The notes under the pieces were generated by a model. The model was not told the origin of the DNA. It saw only the letters and a list, made by a program, of their open reading frames with translations, and made no database searches. From positions 1 to 41,733 of the forward strand of contig CAKRMZ010000009.1 of assembly GCA_934365155.1 (NCBI GenBank): 41,733 bases of DNA, in the 5' to 3' direction. Made by a program: the position numbers and the translations under genes. The DNA is from an uncultured Eubacteriales bacterium. GTDB lineage: Bacteria > Bacillota > Clostridia > Oscillospirales > CAG-272. Positions 37,070-41,733 of the stretch are shown here, one piece after another (position 1 is the first letter of the stretch; the number at the start of each line of letters is the position of its first letter).

Positions 37070-37966
37070 TTATCTGTTTTTTTTACACAGAGTATTCAGT
37101 AATATATAAATACCGATTAATGCGATGATGGATAAAAGCAGAATGAAAAACATCGTACTTATTTCTACTTTATTACTGAAAAAATAGAGATTGCAGTCGA
37201 TAGAATCTTTGATTTTTTCTACGACCTCTGCCGGAAATCCGACCCGACTCATTTCCGAAAATACACCGCGCAGGGCATGATTGCGGAGGAGACTGGTTCC
37301 GTAAGTGCCCGGGAGAAAAGAGAGCACCTTTTGCAGGCCGTCTCCGAATTGGGAAATCGGCATATACGCACCGCAAATAAAACCGTATCCGGCGCTTACT
37401 ACGGTGCCTACGGCAGAAATTTGCCCTTGAGAACTTAAGAAAAAATTGATAATGCTGGAAAGGGCGGTACCGAATAGGACCAGTAAAAACACATCGAGTA
37501 AAATCAGCAAAACATCACTCAAAGATAAATACCACCCGACGCGGGAAAGGTAAACAAAACAGATTCCGGTTGCAAAAAAGCACACAATCAGTGTGGAAAT
37601 CAAAGTGGAAAAATAATAACTGAGCGCCAAAACGGATTTTTTAACCGGTGATACTAAAATATCACCGCGTGTACCGTGGGCTTTATCCTGTACCATGGTC
37701 ATATTGCAGCAAAAAGCTACGGTGACGCAACTGACTGCCAAAAGGGAGGAAAAAAGCTCGCCGCCGACTGTAGCGTCAATCAGACGGTCTGAAATTTGCA
37801 CAGAGTCCGGCAATGATGCAGTGAAGCTGTCACGGTAGACATTGGCGAGAAATGTTGCATAGAGAACCAATAAAATCAGCGGCGTGATCAGTGATGTAAA
37901 AAACATGGCTTTGTCTTTGAAAAACAGCTTGCTGTTGCGCTTGATTAAATTCCAAAGTCCTATCAT
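37070..37966 (-). CDS. ABC-2 family transporter permease
   Basis: The 298-aa protein has 6 TM segments, and its start overlaps the upstream ATPase stop by 4 nt. Confidence 0.7.
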   Translation of the reverse strand: MIGLWNLIKRNSKLFFKDKAMFFTSLITPLILLVLYATFLANVYRDSFTASLPDSVQISDRLIDATVGGELFSSLLAVSCVTVAFCCNMTMVQDKAHGTRGDILVSPVKKSVLALSYYFSTLISTLIVCFFATGICFVYLSRVGWYLSLSDVLLILLDVFLLVLFGTALSSIINFFLSSQGQISAVGTVVSAGYGFICGAYMPISQFGDGLQKVLSFLPGTYGTSLLRNHALRGVFSEMSRVGFPAEVVEKIKDSIDCNLYFFSNKVEISTMFFILLLSIIALIGIYILLNTLCKKNR

Positions 37967-38877
37967 CCTTCGATCCCCCTTGTCAGATTTTTGCCTGTGA
38001 CGGAAAGAAACACATCGTCCATTTTTCCCTTTGTAATTTCATAGTCCGTAAACAGTTCCGGATGCTTCAGAATCAGCTCAGTCGCTGCGGCGGTATTCGG
38101 AACCGATACGCGGATGGCATCACGGATTGTTTCGTAGGGGAAAGCAAGCATATCTGCCTGAGCTGCCGTCAAGCCGTATAAGGTAATGAAATCACCGGTA
38201 TATTTGTTCTTTAGCGCAAGCGGAGTGCCTTCGGCTGCAATTTTTCCGCTGTCAAGGATTACGACATAGTCGGCATCTGACGCCTCTTCCATATAGTGTG
38301 TGGTAAGAAAAACCGTCAAGTGCTCATTTTTTCTGAGATCGGTAATGACGTTCCAAAGCAGCTTGCGGGTCTGAGGATCAAGGCCGGTGGTCGGTTCATC
38401 CAAAATGAGAATTTCCGGCTTGTGAAGCAATGCGCGCGCGATATCGATTCGGCGTCGCTGTCCGCCGGAAAGTTTTGCCACCGGTCGGTTTAAAAATGTT
38501 TTAAAATCGAGCATCTCAGAAAGTTCCGCCAAGCGCTCTTTAAATGCTTTACCGTTGATTCCGTAAAGGGCTGCGCGGCTTTGAAGATTATCTTTGACCG
38601 ACAGTGCCTGATCCAACACGGAATTTTGAAATACAACCCCCAATTTGCGGGCAATCCAATTCATGCCGCTGTCGATGTTTTGCCCACAGATATGAATGCT
38701 GCCGCTGTCCTTGGATAATTGTCCGCACAGAATTGAGATCGTTGTTGATTTGCCGGCACCGTTTACACCGAGAAAAGCAAACAATTCTCCCGGACGTACA
38801 TGCAGGGATAAATCCTGCACCGCGTGGATTGTACCAAATGATTTGTTTAAGTGTTCAATTTCAATGATGTGTTTCAT
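37963..38877 (-). CDS. ABC transporter ATP-binding protein (DrrA-like, with a C-terminal accessory domain)
   Basis: MKHIIEIEHLNKSFG..., Walker A GVNGAGKST, signature LSGGQRRR and Walker B ILILDEPTTGLD are present. The ATG at 38877 follows a ggag RBS. The ORF track starts at 38922. Confidence 0.9.
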   Translation of the reverse strand: MKHIIEIEHLNKSFGTIHAVQDLSLHVRPGELFAFLGVNGAGKSTTISILCGQLSKDSGSIHICGQNIDSGMNWIARKLGVVFQNSVLDQALSVKDNLQSRAALYGINGKAFKERLAELSEMLDFKTFLNRPVAKLSGGQRRRIDIARALLHKPEILILDEPTTGLDPQTRKLLWNVITDLRKNEHLTVFLTTHYMEEASDADYVVILDSGKIAAEGTPLALKNKYTGDFITLYGLTAAQADMLAFPYETIRDAIRVSVPNTAAATELILKHPELFTDYEITKGKMDDVFLSVTGKNLTRGIEG

Positions 38878-38977
38878 GAGGTAAACTCCATAAAAAATAT
38901 TTGATCGGTAATTTGCACTCAAAACCGGGTTTGCTTGTTTTGAGTGTTAACGGAAGTATTTGCGCGAATAAAGGCAA

Positions 38978-39175
38978 TCAATATTCAACATCCGATTTAT
39001 TCGGCATGATAATCGCAGCAACGATATAAGCGATGAGTCCGCATCCGAAGCATAGCGAAAACAAGACCCAAGCTAAACGGACAATGGTAGGGTCAATGTT
39101 AAAATATTCGGCAATTCCGCCGCAAACGCCGGCCAGCTTTTTGCCTTCTTCTATTTTATAAAGTTTCTTTTGCAT
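38978..39175 (-). CDS. PspC-domain small membrane protein (65 aa)
   Basis: MQKKLYKIEEGKKLAGVCGGIAEYFNIDPTIVRLAWVLFSLCFGCGLIAYIVAAIIMP has the PspC N-terminal motif (LAGVCGGIAEYFNIDPTIVRL) plus a TM helix. An RBS is present. The ORF track extends upstream to 39364. Confidence 0.7.
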   Translation of the reverse strand: MQKKLYKIEEGKKLAGVCGGIAEYFNIDPTIVRLAWVLFSLCFGCGLIAYIVAAIIMPNKSDVEY

Positions 39176-39440
39176 GATGTGAACCCCCTGTATAATATTG
39201 TTTTTATATTTTTGCGATTTCTGTGACAACGTTTTTTCTCCGCGGTGTTTGAGAAAGATAAACATTTTCACTGATATTATACTTCGCAGTAAAAACGCTG
39301 TCAAGCAAAGTTTCGAATCTTGTCGAAATCGGCAAAAGCACGGCGCCGGATATTGACGGGCCATGGGGAATATGATATATTGAGTATATGTTTAAATGCA
39401 TCAAAAAAGCATATTGAAATGAAAGGGAAGATAGCGGGGC

Positions 39441-40412
39441 ATGGATGAATATAATGTAGTGAAAAAAGCCAAAAAAGCATACAGCAGAGTTGGCACGGCG
39501 ATTTTTGTGATGATCTTGACTGCTTTGGCTTCAGAATTGATATGGATTTGGATCATGCAGAAAACCATGCTTTTCCAAAATTCTTCGATTAAGCTATGGA
39601 TTACGAGCTTTTTGCCTTTATATCTGATTGCTTTTCCGGTCGGGATGGCAGTGCTTCGCGGAACTGCGGCCGAGTCTCCGAGAAAGCAGCCCTTGGGATT
39701 CGGGAAATTTTTCTCGTTGCTGGCTGCTTGCTTTCCGCTCATGTACGTGGGAAACATCATCGGGAATTTATTTTCCGACATTCTGTCAAACGGGAATGCA
39801 GAGAATGCCCTTGATACGTATATTGAAAGCGGATGGATCCCGCGTGTTTTGTTCATGGTGATTTTAGCGCCGATTTTAGAGGAATTCATTTTCCGTAAAA
39901 TGGTAATTGACCGAATTTGGCAATACGGGGAAAAAATAGCGGTTGTTACTTCTGCGCTGATTTTTGCTCTTTTTCATATGAATTTGTTTCAGTTTTTTTA
40001 TGCACTTGGGATCGGACTGATATTTGCATATGTTTATCTCAGGACCGGGAAACTGCGGTATACAATTATAATGCATGCTTTTTTGAATTTTTTAGGGTCG
40101 GTTGTGGCGCCGATTATAATTTCTTTATTAAATTCCGACAGTGTAAAGCAGTTTATGCAGGATGGCGGACAAACCCTAAATCTTCCGTGGGAGCTTGCTG
40201 TTCTTTTCGGTTACATGCTGGCAATGCTTGCCGTTAACATTGCCGGGATTATATGCTTGATTTACCGATGCAAACGGATGGTATTTTTGCCGACGGAGCA
40301 AAATCTTCCGTCCAATTTACAGGTATCTGCGGCATATTGGAATGTCGGCATGATTTTATATGTAACATTAAGCATCTTTATGATGGCTATTTCCGCTTTT
40401 TCAAATGGGTAA
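39441..40412 (+). CDS. CPBP-family (CAAX/Abi) intramembrane metalloprotease
   Basis: The motifs EEFIFR, FALFH and HAFLNF occur in the typical order and spacing, with ~8 TM segments. Confidence 0.75.
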   Translation: MDEYNVVKKAKKAYSRVGTAIFVMILTALASELIWIWIMQKTMLFQNSSIKLWITSFLPLYLIAFPVGMAVLRGTAAESPRKQPLGFGKFFSLLAACFPLMYVGNIIGNLFSDILSNGNAENALDTYIESGWIPRVLFMVILAPILEEFIFRKMVIDRIWQYGEKIAVVTSALIFALFHMNLFQFFYALGIGLIFAYVYLRTGKLRYTIIMHAFLNFLGSVVAPIIISLLNSDSVKQFMQDGGQTLNLPWELAVLFGYMLAMLAVNIAGIICLIYRCKRMVFLPTEQNLPSNLQVSAAYWNVGMILYVTLSIFMMAISAFSNG

Positions 40413-40418
40413 ACTAAA

Positions 40419-41480
40419 ATGAATCATTGGAATGTTTTGAAGGATATTCCGGAGCCTTTGCTGAGTTGGTATGCCGAACATGCGCGTGTCCTCCCTTGGC
40501 GAAGCTCAAAAGACCCTTACGGGGTTTGGATTTCGGAGGTCATGCTTCAGCAGACACGTGTGGAGACAGTGATTCCGTATTATCTGCGCTTTTTGCAGCG
40601 TTTTCCGAATATAACTTCTTTGGCCGAAGCAGACGAAGCCGTTCTTTTAAAGCTTTGGGAGGGATTGGGATATTACAGTCGGGCCCGAAATCTTAAAAAG
40701 GCTGCTCAGAAAATACGGGATGATTTCAACGGCGTTTTTCCCAGTCAGTATGATGCGCTTTGTAAACTTCCGGGAGTTGGAGAATATATTGCCGGCGCTG
40801 TGGCTTCCATCGCATTTGAGTGCCCCGAACCGGCAATCGACGGAAATGTACTCCGTGTAGCGGCAAGGCTTTGCGACTGTCGCGAGGATGTGACGAAAGC
40901 GGCTGTCAAAAGAGAACTCAGAGAGGCTCTGAAAAAAATATATCCGAAAGGACATTGCGGCGATTTTACGCAAAGTTTAATGGAGCTCGGCGCAATTGTT
41001 TGCATACCGAACGGAATGCCGTATTGTGACATATGTCCTTTGAACAAATATTGTTTGGCGCAAAAAAACGGAACGGTTATGCAATTGCCGCAAAAACCGG
41101 CGAAGAAAAGTCGGCGTCTTGAACAGCGATGTGTATTTTTGTTGTATTTTAACGGGAAGGTCGCTTTGAGGCAACGAAGTGAGAAGGGGTTGCTTGCCGG
41201 TATGTGGGAATTCCCGAATGTTATGGGGGATATAGATGATCCGTCAGTGTGCGATTTTTTGAATGCTGTCGGAATTTGCCGGGATCGTTTGAAATTCATC
41301 GGCAAGACCGGACACGTATTTTCTCATGTCGAATGGACGATGAGCGGATATGAAGCGGAGTGCCCGGCAGCGTATGAGGATTTAAAATATGTTTCGCTGG
41401 ATGAGATGAATGCCTTTGCCATTCCGTCTGCATTTCGATTTTTTGAAAAATACTGCCGACAAAGCGGAAAAATAAAGTAA
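40419..41480 (+). CDS. mutY: A/G-specific adenine DNA glycosylase
   Basis: The HhH-GPD domain (..LPGVGEYIAGAVASIAF..) is present. The Fe-S cluster motif is CIPNGMPYCDICPLNKYC. A C-terminal NUDIX-like domain follows. Confidence 0.9.
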   Translation: MNHWNVLKDIPEPLLSWYAEHARVLPWRSSKDPYGVWISEVMLQQTRVETVIPYYLRFLQRFPNITSLAEADEAVLLKLWEGLGYYSRARNLKKAAQKIRDDFNGVFPSQYDALCKLPGVGEYIAGAVASIAFECPEPAIDGNVLRVAARLCDCREDVTKAAVKRELREALKKIYPKGHCGDFTQSLMELGAIVCIPNGMPYCDICPLNKYCLAQKNGTVMQLPQKPAKKSRRLEQRCVFLLYFNGKVALRQRSEKGLLAGMWEFPNVMGDIDDPSVCDFLNAVGICRDRLKFIGKTGHVFSHVEWTMSGYEAECPAAYEDLKYVSLDEMNAFAIPSAFRFFEKYCRQSGKIK

Positions 41481-41481
41481 A

Positions 41482-41530
41482 AAGAAAGCGCAGGAACGTT
41501 TTGCAGCGTTCCTGCGCTTTTTCTTTTTAT
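41482..41530. terminator. Bidirectional terminator between mutY and the convergent WG-repeat gene
   Basis: Stem agcgcaggaacg-ttttgcag-cgttcctgcgct is flanked by aaaaagaaa and ttttcttttt. Confidence 0.7.
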
Positions 41531-41542
41531 TATTCGGGAGAA

Positions 41543-41733
41543 TTATTTTTTCATTTTGGAAAAAATTTGCCATCCGAGCGCGTCGGAAAAAGCTGTAATT
41601 GTCGCGCCGGAACAATTCGATATATAATCAAATGCAAACGGCAGTACAATGTTTCCCTCTGTGTCAATCATTCCGATCTTTCCGTCTTGAAAGCCCAAAA
41701 CGGCAAGTCCTTCATAAATAGGCAGCGCAAAAC
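41543..41733 (-). CDS. WG-repeat-containing protein, C-terminal 63 aa only (the 5' part lies beyond the window end)
   Basis: Manual translation gives ..FALPIYEGLAVLGFQDGKIGMIDTEGNIVLPFAFDYISNCSGATITAFSDALGWQIFSKMKK*, which shows the WG repeat pattern (G-x-x-G-x-I-D-x-x-G-x-x-V-I-P-x-x-Y-D). Confidence 0.5.
   Translation of the reverse strand, partial: FALPIYEGLAVLGFQDGKIGMIDTEGNIVLPFAFDYISNCSGATITAFSDALGWQIFSKMKK

Noticed and set aside
39401-39889. 162-aa minus-strand ORF
   Set aside because: It is antisense to the well-supported CPBP protease gene, whose motifs EEFIFR, FALFH and HAFLNF are intact on the plus strand.
1-41733. CRISPR arrays, rRNA genes, IS elements/transposases and integrases
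   Set aside because: No ≥3-copy regularly spaced direct repeats were seen, and no 16S/23S/5S signatures. No ORF translates to DDE/HUH transposase or tyrosine/serine recombinase motifs.

Overview
The window comes from a Firmicutes/Clostridia-type chromosome and falls into two parts. Bases 1-18,950 are core genome. A phosphohexomutase gene (3' end off-window) and a TSCPD-domain gene sit on the minus strand. An AT-rich leader carries a consensus sigma-A promoter and is followed by an uninterrupted plus-strand S10-spc-alpha ribosomal super-operon. Its order is rpsJ, rplC, rplD, rplW, rplB, rpsS, rplV, rpsC, rplP, rpmC, rpsQ, rplN, rplX, rplE, rpsZ, rpsH, rplF, rplR, rpsE, rpmD, rplO, secY, adk, map, infA, rpmJ, rpsM, rpsK, rpsD, rpoA, rplQ. 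It ends at a bidirectional terminator shared with a convergent galE. A stand-alone tRNA-Trp(CCA) at 19,237-19,312, with its own consensus promoter and terminator, marks the switch to a roughly 22-kb accessory-type region. That region has no integrase or IS element. It contains, in order: a P-loop kinase-like gene and a YczE-like membrane protein; a translationally coupled pair made of a Vat/CatB-like xenobiotic acetyltransferase and an unusual type-A CAT-fold protein that ends in an RsgA-like zinc-finger tail; a GNAT acetyltransferase; a second ClpP; a DUF998 membrane protein; three TetR regulators with palindromic operators; an alpha/beta hydrolase; a flavodoxin-like protein; a Cys-rich KTR zinc-ribbon protein; an ICMT-family methyltransferase; a cassette of SPFH/Band-7 protein with a triple zinc-ribbon tail, a double-zinc-ribbon membrane-anchored protein and a secreted TPM-domain protein, homologous to B. 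subtilis ydjI/ydjG/ydjH; two ABC exporter operons; a PspC-domain mini-protein; a CPBP intramembrane protease; mutY; and a partial WG-repeat gene at the 3' edge. No rRNA, CRISPR array or transposase was seen. The candidates most worth follow-up are the SPFH/Zn-ribbon/TPM cassette, the XAT plus CAT-fold/RsgA-tail coupled pair, and a pair of paralogous terminator-like hairpins with tandem AGACGC motifs.
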